Source: a virus
Lineage: Duplodnaviria; Caudoviricetes
Strand: one strand, 5' to 3'
IMG/VR virus record: IMGVR_UViG_2881966637_000004
Span: 16,464-80,463 of that record
Length of the DNA: 64,000 bases
The notes under the pieces are model-generated. The model ran no database searches. It was not told the DNA's origin and was given only the letters and a program-made list of their open reading frames with translations. Both the position numbers and the translations under genes were made by a program. How positions within the stretch are numbered: the stretch's first letter is position 1; each line of letters opens with the position of its first letter. Shown piece after piece: positions 19,828-28,944 of the stretch.

Positions 19828-19876
19828 TTTGACAGGGGGGCTGTCAACATAGCCGGGGCGCGGGCATCTAGTTTTG
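19828..19876 (+). promoter_or_regulatory. Late promoter candidate A: TTGACAG-N5-CTGTCAA palindrome plus TAGTTTTG -7 box
   Basis: 19828-19850 is identical to 36466-36488; TAnnTTTG at 19869-19876. Confidence 0.7.
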
Positions 19877-19881
19877 CTTCC

Positions 19882-20757
19882 ATGCTCACGCCCCGGTTTT
19901 CCATCCTCAAGCGCAGCGGCTCCCAGGCAGGGATGAAGCTCAGCGACCTGACGGGCGACTACCACGCTACCAACAATCCCGGTGGCTGGTGGCCGCCGGC
20001 TCCGGCGGGTCAGTCGCTGCCGTCCAACCGACTCAATCCCACCCGCGCCGAGTCCGCCGTCCTGCTGGTGGTTACCAACGCCCGGACGGGTGACGAGATC
20101 GGCCAATATGAGCTGCAGCGTGACCCCGCCGACTCCACCCCAACCTACATCGTTCCCTTTGCCCCCACCGATGGCGTCTACATCTTTACGATGCTGGTCA
20201 AAGCCAAAGCGGGGCAGGCCCGGCCGCTGTATTCCTACAGCCTGACGCGCCCCGCCCAGACGGGCATCACCCTCTGGGTGCGCAGCGACGGAGCCTGGAT
20301 CAACACCGAGTCACTGGTCGTCAGCACCCCATCCGGCCGGCTGTGGCAACTCGACGCCACGCCCCAGATCATTACCGAGTGGCGCGAAATCAACGGGGCA
20401 GGTCAGATCGTAGCCAGTGCGCCGATCCTGGCCGAGCAGACCTTCGCCGATCCGACCGCCAGCATGACGGGTTCCGTCGAAGCGGTCGTGGGTCGAACCA
20501 GCCTCACCCAGCTCATCAGCCGGAGCCTGGAATTTAAGCTGGGCCATATCGCGGCCAGCCTCTCCTACGACAGCGCGAACCTGCCCCAGATCAACCAGCA
20601 CCGTCAGACGATGACCAACCGATTTACCCTAGCTGACCGGGGGCTGCTGGCCCTCGAAGCCGCCATCTCCCACCTGTCGGTATTCACGGCGGAGAAGGAG
20701 ATGTTGCGGCTGCATCAGCTGGTGGACTCCATCAACCACATCAGCCCGGCCACATGA
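19882..20757 (+). CDS. Virion structural protein (possible tail hub/adaptor)
   Basis: 291 aa; TGDYHATNNPGGW motif reminiscent of crAss-like tail proteins; first gene after late promoter A. Confidence 0.45.
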   Translation: MLTPRFSILKRSGSQAGMKLSDLTGDYHATNNPGGWWPPAPAGQSLPSNRLNPTRAESAVLLVVTNARTGDEIGQYELQRDPADSTPTYIVPFAPTDGVYIFTMLVKAKAGQARPLYSYSLTRPAQTGITLWVRSDGAWINTESLVVSTPSGRLWQLDATPQIITEWREINGAGQIVASAPILAEQTFADPTASMTGSVEAVVGRTSLTQLISRSLEFKLGHIAASLSYDSANLPQINQHRQTMTNRFTLADRGLLALEAAISHLSVFTAEKEMLRLHQLVDSINHISPAT

Positions 20758-20945
20758 ACGATCTGCTTGCGGACGGGTCATGGCCCGCCATACTGGCCTA
20801 CATCATTCAGGAAGGCCGGCAAACTAAAGACCTGGATGTCGTCGTCGCCTACTCGGCCCGACGCTACCAGACCCCGTATCAACAGGCCGAGGCACTAGCC
20901 TGGGCGCAACAAAAAACTGGTTATGGCCTGCAACTGCTCCGATAA
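20754..20945 (+). CDS. Hypothetical protein
   Basis: 63 aa; ATGA overlap with the upstream gene and overlap with the downstream start. Confidence 0.5.
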   Translation: MNDLLADGSWPAILAYIIQEGRQTKDLDVVVAYSARRYQTPYQQAEALAWAQQKTGYGLQLLR

Positions 20946-23502
20946 CAACCCAGACAAACCCTGCGCCAAGTGCGGAGAGCCGGACGGTTGCGCCCCGGCC
21001 TACAGCCCCATTCAGCTGACGCCCGTGGAGCCCGACCTCTGCCCCAAGCCGGCGGATGCAACCACGGTGCAGTACTTCCGCCGACTGCTCGAACTCATCG
21101 CCCGGCGCAGTGCCGGCTCGGGCTCCGGTAGTGGCTCGGGTTCCTCGTCGGGTTCCGGATCGGGCAGCGGCCCGACGCCCCCCGTGGGCTGGCCCGACCC
21201 CAACCTGCTCGGCCCGCTGGGCTGGGAGCGGATGCCCGACGGCACCTGCCCCAAACCCCAGGAACTGCAGCTCATCGCGTCGGCCGACGTGTCGGGCACA
21301 CTGGCCGACTGCCGAAAGACGGTGGACTACACCTTTTCTATCGCCGGCAAAACGTCCGGTCTGAGCTGGTCGGTGTCCCGCGACGGGGGCTACAGCTACC
21401 AGCCGGCCGCCACGACGCCCATCTTCTCGTTCTCTACCGCTGGCGGGGCCAGGGCCGACTGGTATCACTTCCGCGTCCGGGCCGACCACGCCGACGGGGC
21501 GGGCGTCTGGGCCATCGAAGTACACCCCACGACCGGGTCGCTGACCGCCACGCGGCTGGGTGCCTACGTCAACCGGCCCGCCGGCTGCGCCTTCAACCGC
21601 TGGCAGCTGGTGCTCCCGCTGGGCGTTACGCTGGTAGCCTCGGCCCTCACCGCCGACGCCGGCATCGCCATGACCGAAGTGGCACCGGGCGTCGTAGATG
21701 TGCGGGGGTTTCAGGGCAAGGTGACGGGTTTCGTCAGCCTGCGCTGGAACGGCCAGACGGTCAACGTGCCGGTGCGCCCCCTCTACGCGCTGGGCACGGG
21801 CTTCTTTGCCGGCCTGCTCAGCGAAGTACCCCTGCCGGTACTGACGCTGCTGACCTATCCGCTCTGTGACAACACGACCTGGTTTGCCGTCCGCGTGACG
21901 GGGGGTAACCTGGCCGAGCCGATCCAGTGGAGCCGGGGCGGCAGCAGCCTGACCGGCGGCATGACGGAAAAGAAACTGCCCAACGTGGGCGGGGCGGTTG
22001 GCGTGTCGGTCGTTACTGACAAGGGCACCCTGACGGCCAGCAAAGACCCCCTCGCCGGCAGCGGATCGGGCAGCAGCTCGGGTACGGGTAGCGGCTCCGC
22101 GTCAGGCACTGGCTCGGGCACTGGCTCGGGTACGGGTTCCGGTAGCGGAACAGGTTCAGGCAGCAGCAGCGGTTCGGGCTCCTCGTCGGGTTCCGGTTCG
22201 GCATCGGGCAGCGGAGCCCCGACGGTGCGCTGTAACTTCGGCTCCATCCGCAAGTTTGCCCTGCCCGACATCCTCACCTACTTCATTCCCATTGACGAGG
22301 TGTTCAGCGGCAACCCGACGGCGTTCCGGCTGGAACTGGCCGGCTCGGGCGGCATTGGCATCCCCCTGCCGACGAGCGACTACAGCTTACAGCTCAGCGT
22401 CGCCACCGAAGAGAATCCGGATGGATCGGTCGTGCTGGTGCGCTACCTGCAGATGGGCATCCGCACGACGGCGGCCGGCCTGGCGACCTACCGGCTGGTG
22501 GCGACCAATACCGCCGGCAGCGCGAACATTGAGTTTCCGGTTACGACCATCAGCCGCACCGGCTTTGCGGTTCCGAACCTGCTGCTCAGCATCAGCTCGG
22601 CGAACCGGGCTTTGTCGGCCTTTATCAACGACAACGCAGCCGTCACCCAGGCGTTCATCACGCCGGCCGGTACGTGCAACACGTCGGGAGCCACCCCGCC
22701 GACCCAGTTTGTCATCGACAACAGCCTGGCCCTGCCCTACCAGAAGAAGCTGACCCTGCCGGCCAAACCGCGTGGGCTCTATACGCTCTGGCTGGGTAAC
22801 GCCAACGGCGGTGACGAGATCACCGTCTCGCTGCCGACGCCCGACGGCGCGGCCAGGGTGATGGCCGACTCACGGGAAACCTCGGGCTCGGGCTCGGGCT
22901 CGTCGTCCGGTACGGGCAGCGGCTCGGGTAGCGGCCCGGTGTATTACGCCATCGGCACCCCGATAGAAACCTCGGACCCCACCGCATCCGGCTCGGGATC
23001 GGGATCGGGATCGGGCAGCGGTTCAGGTAGTGGCAGTGGTACGGGTTCGGGCTCCGGTAGTGGGTCTGGGTCTTCGTCGGGCTCCGGCTCGGCGGCACCC
23101 CCCGCGTCGGTCAACCAGGTCGCCATCTGGCGCACGCCTGGCAACACGCCGATGTTTTTGATGCGCTCGGCGTCCACCTCGGGTAACCTGGGCATGGAAG
23201 GCTTCTGGTCACCGCTGGGCCTGTGGCTGCCGGTCGGTTACAGTGGCGAGTCGGGTTCCATTACCGACGCCCGCCCCACCGGCTTCGAGGACTTCCAGTA
23301 CCAGTACGAGTACGGCGCGTCGGTGGGCGACTACCTCACCGCCCTCGGCGGCACGACGACCTTTCAGCTGCGCAAGGCGGGCCAGACGCTGCCCTTCCTG
23401 TCGGTTGACTTCTCGGCGGCCGGGCTGGGACTCAACCAGGTTAAGATCATTTACAGTGGCGACCAGGCCAACGAAATTCTTGTAGACGTTTTCACGTACT
23501 GA
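20923..23502 (+). CDS. Multidomain virion fibre-like protein with Gly-Ser linkers
   Basis: 859 aa; Cys-rich N-terminus (CNC...C..C...C); four (GS)n tracts separating beta-rich domains. Confidence 0.6.
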   Translation: MACNCSDNNPDKPCAKCGEPDGCAPAYSPIQLTPVEPDLCPKPADATTVQYFRRLLELIARRSAGSGSGSGSGSSSGSGSGSGPTPPVGWPDPNLLGPLGWERMPDGTCPKPQELQLIASADVSGTLADCRKTVDYTFSIAGKTSGLSWSVSRDGGYSYQPAATTPIFSFSTAGGARADWYHFRVRADHADGAGVWAIEVHPTTGSLTATRLGAYVNRPAGCAFNRWQLVLPLGVTLVASALTADAGIAMTEVAPGVVDVRGFQGKVTGFVSLRWNGQTVNVPVRPLYALGTGFFAGLLSEVPLPVLTLLTYPLCDNTTWFAVRVTGGNLAEPIQWSRGGSSLTGGMTEKKLPNVGGAVGVSVVTDKGTLTASKDPLAGSGSGSSSGTGSGSASGTGSGTGSGTGSGSGTGSGSSSGSGSSSGSGSASGSGAPTVRCNFGSIRKFALPDILTYFIPIDEVFSGNPTAFRLELAGSGGIGIPLPTSDYSLQLSVATEENPDGSVVLVRYLQMGIRTTAAGLATYRLVATNTAGSANIEFPVTTISRTGFAVPNLLLSISSANRALSAFINDNAAVTQAFITPAGTCNTSGATPPTQFVIDNSLALPYQKKLTLPAKPRGLYTLWLGNANGGDEITVSLPTPDGAARVMADSRETSGSGSGSSSGTGSGSGSGPVYYAIGTPIETSDPTASGSGSGSGSGSGSGSGSGTGSGSGSGSGSSSGSGSAAPPASVNQVAIWRTPGNTPMFLMRSASTSGNLGMEGFWSPLGLWLPVGYSGESGSITDARPTGFEDFQYQYEYGASVGDYLTALGGTTTFQLRKAGQTLPFLSVDFSAAGLGLNQVKIIYSGDQANEILVDVFTY

Positions 23503-23503
23503 T

Positions 23504-25429
23504 ATGCCAAACGGAATCAAAAAACAGGTACTCGGCAGCAACGGCACCCCGACCGGGGAGTTCCGCTACTATACCGAATCGGTGGCGGGATCAGGGGTGT
23601 ACGACGTGCTCATCCCCGAACCTTCGTCCATGACCCCGGCGCGTATCGGCATCCGGTCGCTGGCCCCCTACAAGCCAGAGCCGGTGCAGGTCTTCAACCC
23701 GCAGCAGTTCGGCGTGGGCGACTACTACCACCCCAACTTCACCTGCGCCATCGACTTCACCGACGGCAAGACGGTGCCCGAACGCAAGGCACTGGGCATA
23801 AACCTGTTCAACGCGCCGACGATGGACGACGCCCAGAAGGGAGCCCTGACCTTCGGGGAAGGGATGCTCTATATCACCGAGTCCACCTGCCATAAGGAAC
23901 TCGAAGGGCCGGGCGTGTACGAGTCAAGCCTGCAGACGTACTTTCAAAAGATATGGCAGTACATCCCCGCGCTGGGCTACGGCATCGACGTGGGTATCAA
24001 GTACGCCATCTTCAACATCGAAACCAGCCTGGGCTGGGGCCGCGATGTGTACGGGCAGGGTGGCCACTGGGCCAAAACCTGGGATCAGGCGAAGAGCCTT
24101 TCGATTGTCTGCGAAAAGGACGGTGTCACCCGCACCCTAGAGCAGCTGCACAACCAGGGGCCAGCTGAGTGGGACCGCGAGTTCACCACGCGCCGGGCCA
24201 ACCGGATGACGCTGCTGCTGCTGGTCGCCAGAGAGAAAGGCTACCCCGGCCTCAAGGTGTCTTTCGGAGCCAGCCCCTACCAGGGCCAGCCGCGCATCGA
24301 CTTTGCCACGGGGAACAGCGTCTTCACCGACGGAGCGTGTAACGTCAACCACATCGGCGGATCGGGCAACGTGATCACGCTCAACCGGCCGGGGGGCGGC
24401 ACCAGCACCTATACGATGGCCGGCAACCAGTGGGACTACGAAGACTTCGTGACGGGCTACTACTACGACTTTTACTTCGACGTCCCGGTGCGCCAGGACT
24501 TTATCGACATCTGGGTCAACAAGCTGCCCCACACCCAGAACTACCCCTACATCTGGTCGAAGATGGGCGTTCGCCACGTCTTCGCCGACGAGAAGGGCTA
24601 TATCCAGCTCAACCGGCAGCGGATGCTGGCCCGCCAGGGCGTCGTGCGCCCCTTCAAACGGCAGGTCGAACCCATGTACGAAGCCAACGCGGCCGGCATC
24701 GTGGCCGGTCAGTGGGTCGAGGCCAACCAGGGCGGTGAGATATTCAGGGTGCCCCACACCCACCTGCAGAGCAGCATCCTGTATGCCGACCTCAACAAGT
24801 TCGACACCCCAAAGGTGTGGCAGCAGCCCTACGAGATGGACGCCTTCTACTGCGTGACGCGCTTCTTCGCCGGCAACGACGAAGGCTGGGGTTTCCATAT
24901 GTTCCCCTTCAACTTCGCCCCCGAGAGTGTCCGCTTCCCCATCATCAACACCAACTACTACAAGCATGAGATGCACACCATTACGGCCATCCACCAGGCC
25001 CGTAAGCGGATGCAGCCCTACGAGCGGTACTATACCGGCTCGACGCTGGTAGAAGACCCCGAGGTGCAGATAAACGAGACGGGCAGCTGGTCGGCCTATT
25101 CGGGCACTGACGCCTACAACTACAACGCGGGCAGCTTCGGGGTGCAGAAGCCTTCGTTCATGCTGCGCTACAAGGCCGTGTCGGGCGGCTGGCATGTACT
25201 TATCGCGGGCGGCATGAACCAGGGCTGGACGACCGAGCGCACCGATCAGGTCCGGGTGCCGGGTGGGCTGCTAAACGGCAACAAGTTCCGCTGTAAGCTG
25301 CGCGGCCCGTCGGTTCACATCTTCGAGTTTTTCGTCCGCGACAGCGATACGAACCAGACCTACGAAGCGGTGCCCAACACACCAACCGGCTGGGAACGGC
25401 CCGGCTACGTGCCCCGCATCATCTCATAG
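23504..25429 (+). CDS. Large aromatic-rich protein, possibly glycoside-hydrolase-like receptor-binding protein
   Basis: 641 aa, Trp/Tyr/Phe-rich globular sequence; the fold assignment is inference only. Confidence 0.45.
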   Translation: MPNGIKKQVLGSNGTPTGEFRYYTESVAGSGVYDVLIPEPSSMTPARIGIRSLAPYKPEPVQVFNPQQFGVGDYYHPNFTCAIDFTDGKTVPERKALGINLFNAPTMDDAQKGALTFGEGMLYITESTCHKELEGPGVYESSLQTYFQKIWQYIPALGYGIDVGIKYAIFNIETSLGWGRDVYGQGGHWAKTWDQAKSLSIVCEKDGVTRTLEQLHNQGPAEWDREFTTRRANRMTLLLLVAREKGYPGLKVSFGASPYQGQPRIDFATGNSVFTDGACNVNHIGGSGNVITLNRPGGGTSTYTMAGNQWDYEDFVTGYYYDFYFDVPVRQDFIDIWVNKLPHTQNYPYIWSKMGVRHVFADEKGYIQLNRQRMLARQGVVRPFKRQVEPMYEANAAGIVAGQWVEANQGGEIFRVPHTHLQSSILYADLNKFDTPKVWQQPYEMDAFYCVTRFFAGNDEGWGFHMFPFNFAPESVRFPIINTNYYKHEMHTITAIHQARKRMQPYERYYTGSTLVEDPEVQINETGSWSAYSGTDAYNYNAGSFGVQKPSFMLRYKAVSGGWHVLIAGGMNQGWTTERTDQVRVPGGLLNGNKFRCKLRGPSVHIFEFFVRDSDTNQTYEAVPNTPTGWERPGYVPRIIS

Positions 25430-25444
25430 TCAACTTTTGTCAAC
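25429..25444 (+). promoter_or_regulatory. Box GTCAAC TTTT GTCAAC
   Basis: Fills the 18-nt gap between the stop at 25429 and the ATG at 25448. Confidence 0.7.
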
Positions 25445-25447
25445 GCC

Positions 25448-28018
25448 ATGCCACGCTATCAGCGCACCAATACCAACCAAGCTGCTTCGCTCACCGACGC
25501 GAACAACGCCTTCGTGACCATGCTCGACGGGGAAACGTCCGCGCAGGCAGCCGCCCGGCGCACGGCCAACCCAGCCCTGCCGGTGCTGCTCGACATTCCC
25601 ATGCCCAGATGGCTGCTGGCGTTCCGGCAGACCTACGACCTGGCCACCCGCGCCCTGATCATCGAAGCCGCCCCGGCGGCCGGCGTGGACATCCGCGCCA
25701 AGATCAGACTCGTCAGCAACGCGGCCCTCGTCATGCAGTCGGGTGGCGGCCAGTCGCTGACGGCGGGTACGTACTACCCCCCCGGCCCGCTGGCGAACCA
25801 GAACCCCTTCACCCGCGAGTGGGGCTTTCTGCCTACGGTGACGGTTGGCTCGGGTGTACCCCAGCAGGAAGTCGAAGTGACTTTTCTCAACTTCACCACG
25901 GGTCAGGAGTTCTGGGTGCGCTGGACCCCGCAGCCGCTGAGCCGCTGGGTCGTGGCCGGCCCCAATGCCGCCATCGGATCGGGCAGCGCGTCGGGCACCG
26001 CCGGGGTGCCGGTGGGTCCGTCGTGGCTCAACGTCCGCTACACCCACTCGGCCTACTACGTCGTGCAGGTAGCCTCGCCGGGGCCGGTGCAGATGATGAT
26101 TGAACGCACCGATGGCATCGCCATGACGCTCAACAACGAGAATAACCCCCTGCTGTTCTCGGGCGTCTTCTACCCCGCCGGACAAGTGCAGGGCCAGGGA
26201 GCCTACACCCAGGACTACCAGTTCCGGCCAATCCCGGTCAACGTCAGGGTGCGGCTCACGTTTAGAAACCAGTCCGGCCAGACATACTCTCTGGAACACC
26301 TGGCCACCAACACCTCTACCCCCACGCCGTTGCTGGTGGCGGGCGTGGGGGCCGGTAGTGGTTCGGGTACGGGTTCCGGCACGGGGAGCGGAACCGGCTC
26401 GGGTAGCGCGTCGGGCACCTCGTCGGGCTCGGGCAGTGCATCCGGATCGGGTACAGGTAGCGGATCGGGTCAGCTGCCGCTGCCGGCGGGTGGCTTTGTG
26501 GAGGGGCCGACGGTGGCTTCGCTGCTGGCTTACGCACCCTTTGCGCCCGGTGCCAACCAGTACCAGTCGTGGCCGACCGGCAACACCGAGCAGTACCTCA
26601 GTAACGGCACCATCGTCGCCGGCTTCGGCCGGGCCGTGGGAGCCAGCCTCAAGACGCTCCGCAAAGCCAATGGCCCCAACTGGGTCAACACCAGCTTCCA
26701 GGACAGCTCCATCTTCGAGGGCGTACTCTCCCCCGATACCGGGCGGTCGGGCGGCTTTTCGATCTACGGATTCCCCGATGGCGGACCCGTCAATCAGCAG
26801 ACGGGCCTGAGCCCAAACCCCTACTACGAAAACGAGCAGAACAGTTCCATGCGCTCCGACGACACGGGCTGGAACCCCGTACAGGGGGGCAGCCGGGGGG
26901 CTCTGGATAGAAGCCCGATTCTGCACTACGAACGGCGTACTGTCAACGGCGTTGAATACATCCATACCGTCACCCAGCCCTACCAGTGGGCGATGTCGGG
27001 CATCCTGGGTAAGTGCAAGATACACGCCTGGTGGTGGCTGGAAGGGCCGGTCCTGCGCTACTATACGATCTTCGAGAACTTCCGCGACGACGTGCAGATG
27101 CTCTTCGAGGGCCGCGACCAAGAGTTTATCTTCTGCTACACCATCGGTGACCTGTGGCGGCATTTGTTGTACACGGGCAATGCCCCGCTGACAGACGGCA
27201 ACCTGCAGGAGATCACGACGGTATCGCCCACCGAAGGGGGTGGACAGGATAACCAGACCGACACGGGCGAGTTCTTCGGCACCGAGCACTGGATCGGATC
27301 GCTCAACGGGGCCGGCAACGAAGGGGTATTCATCGTCACCCCCTACAGCACCGGCTTCCGGGGTAAACAGTTTCAGGGTCGCTGGGGCAATGCCGACACC
27401 AACGCCAGCAGCTACATCAACGCCAACATGACCAGCGTGATGGGCGATCTGCCCTACTGCTACGGGTTTACGGGCTACGTCTACGTCGGCAACCTCAATG
27501 AGTTTAGGGCGTGGCGCAAGGCAACCAACATCAACCCGCTGCCCTTCGGCTGGACGTTCGGCCCCGGCAAGGCCAACAACTGGTACGGCACCAGCTGCCC
27601 GGCCAAATTCGTGGATGGCAAGTACACCTGCACGATTGGCAAGATCAGAAACAACGGCCACCCCCTTGAGAGCAATATCGGCTTCGGCCGGTTCTGGTCA
27701 CCCAAAGGGGCGTGGAAGGCCAGCGACTATTCGACCATCTACGTGCGGGGCAAAGTTACCGGCCTGACCAACCTGTGTTTGTTCTTCCGCCGGCCGGGCG
27801 ATACGGCCAGCGACATCGACCTGAACCAGATTCCCTTTACGGTCGTCGGCGACGGGGTTACCCGCACCTACGCCATCACGGTCAGCACCAACCAGCGGTG
27901 GCAGCAGACGGGTGTGTTCGTGCAAATATGCATCGGAAACCCCGTACCCCGCGTGACCCGCGTGGGCAACGAAACCATGCAACTCGACTACGTCGGACCC
28001 ATCAACCCAGGCAACTAA
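25448..28018 (+). CDS. Multidomain fibre/receptor-binding protein with Gly-Ser linker and carbohydrate-binding-like C-terminal domains
   Basis: 856 aa; (GS/GT)n tract at about 26340-26470; beta-rich aromatic C-terminal half. Confidence 0.55.
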   Translation: MPRYQRTNTNQAASLTDANNAFVTMLDGETSAQAAARRTANPALPVLLDIPMPRWLLAFRQTYDLATRALIIEAAPAAGVDIRAKIRLVSNAALVMQSGGGQSLTAGTYYPPGPLANQNPFTREWGFLPTVTVGSGVPQQEVEVTFLNFTTGQEFWVRWTPQPLSRWVVAGPNAAIGSGSASGTAGVPVGPSWLNVRYTHSAYYVVQVASPGPVQMMIERTDGIAMTLNNENNPLLFSGVFYPAGQVQGQGAYTQDYQFRPIPVNVRVRLTFRNQSGQTYSLEHLATNTSTPTPLLVAGVGAGSGSGTGSGTGSGTGSGSASGTSSGSGSASGSGTGSGSGQLPLPAGGFVEGPTVASLLAYAPFAPGANQYQSWPTGNTEQYLSNGTIVAGFGRAVGASLKTLRKANGPNWVNTSFQDSSIFEGVLSPDTGRSGGFSIYGFPDGGPVNQQTGLSPNPYYENEQNSSMRSDDTGWNPVQGGSRGALDRSPILHYERRTVNGVEYIHTVTQPYQWAMSGILGKCKIHAWWWLEGPVLRYYTIFENFRDDVQMLFEGRDQEFIFCYTIGDLWRHLLYTGNAPLTDGNLQEITTVSPTEGGGQDNQTDTGEFFGTEHWIGSLNGAGNEGVFIVTPYSTGFRGKQFQGRWGNADTNASSYINANMTSVMGDLPYCYGFTGYVYVGNLNEFRAWRKATNINPLPFGWTFGPGKANNWYGTSCPAKFVDGKYTCTIGKIRNNGHPLESNIGFGRFWSPKGAWKASDYSTIYVRGKVTGLTNLCLFFRRPGDTASDIDLNQIPFTVVGDGVTRTYAITVSTNQRWQQTGVFVQICIGNPVPRVTRVGNETMQLDYVGPINPGN

Positions 28019-28020
28019 CT

Positions 28021-28494
28021 ATGGACACCTCCACGATTACCATTGAGCCCTCGAAGGCGGAACTCATGGGTCAGCTCTACGCCCTGGCCGAGCAGCTGGG
28101 GCTGGGCATTTCCGACCTGCGCTTTCTGACCACCGACCCGCCCCTGCCGGATGGCCCCGGCCCCACCCCCCTGCCCGATCTGGTGGACGGGCTGGGCCTG
28201 CGGGTGCAGCTGCGGGTGCAGAGCGGCACATTGCAGTACCGCTACCTCGACAGCCAGGACTGGACGACAGCCGGTGTCGTGGGCGGTTCGGGCGGGGTGC
28301 TTGAACCCGTGGACATCCCCATCTCCACGGTGGGCCAGACCAGCTTTGCGCTGGTCAACGAAGAGCCGCGCCGGTCGCTCTACCTCAACGGGGTGCTGCT
28401 GGGTAGCGACGAGTACACCATCGCTCCGCCGACGCTGACCTACTCGGGATTCTGTACACTCGACCCCGACGATACACTCACCTTAAAACCATAG
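28021..28494 (+). CDS. Small tail-associated protein
   Basis: ATG at 28021 just after the previous stop; LQYRY and LYLNGVLL...EYTI motifs typical of fibre accessory domains. Confidence 0.55.
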   Translation: MDTSTITIEPSKAELMGQLYALAEQLGLGISDLRFLTTDPPLPDGPGPTPLPDLVDGLGLRVQLRVQSGTLQYRYLDSQDWTTAGVVGGSGGVLEPVDIPISTVGQTSFALVNEEPRRSLYLNGVLLGSDEYTIAPPTLTYSGFCTLDPDDTLTLKP

Positions 28495-28499
28495 AGCCC

Positions 28500-28919
28500 A
28501 TGCCCGTCCGTGGTAAACAAATCGCCCAGGCCGTATCGGCCCTCCTGCCCGCCAGTGAGCTGGTCAGCCCAGCCGCCGGCACCGTCGGTGACTTTCTGAA
28601 AAACAACGTCCAGCGCACGGTGCGCTACCCGGCCATCGTCGCCACGCTGGACGCGGCCAAAGCCACCAACAGCACCCTGGCCCACAAACCCCTTTCCCTG
28701 CCCGTCATCAACGTGAACGGGGGTGACAGCAGCGGTGTCGTGGGCGACGGCGTCAAGACCGGCGCGTTTTATTTCTCGGCCGACTCGGGCGCGACCGCCC
28801 GCACCCTGGCCAACATGGCGGCCGGCGACAGTCTGTACGTCAACCCGACGGTGCTGGGTTATCCGCTCGACACCGACGACGTGCTGATCGTCTCGTACCG
28901 CGCCTACCCGGCGGCCTAA
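28500..28919 (+). CDS. Small tail-associated protein
   Basis: 139 aa, in operon, strong codon bias. Confidence 0.55.
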   Translation: MPVRGKQIAQAVSALLPASELVSPAAGTVGDFLKNNVQRTVRYPAIVATLDAAKATNSTLAHKPLSLPVINVNGGDSSGVVGDGVKTGAFYFSADSGATARTLANMAAGDSLYVNPTVLGYPLDTDDVLIVSYRAYPAA

Positions 28920-28944
28920 TCCTCACCACTACGCAACCAAACCG

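Noticed and set aside
19829-19834. TTGACA as an ordinary sigma70 -35 hexamer
   Set aside because: No TATAAT at 17 bp; it is half of a palindrome, and the promoters look Bacteroidota-type (TAnnTTTG).
21110-26470. GGCTCG/GGTAGC-type repeats as CRISPR or microsatellite
   Set aside because: They are codon-varied Gly-Ser coding tracts without a repeat-spacer structure.
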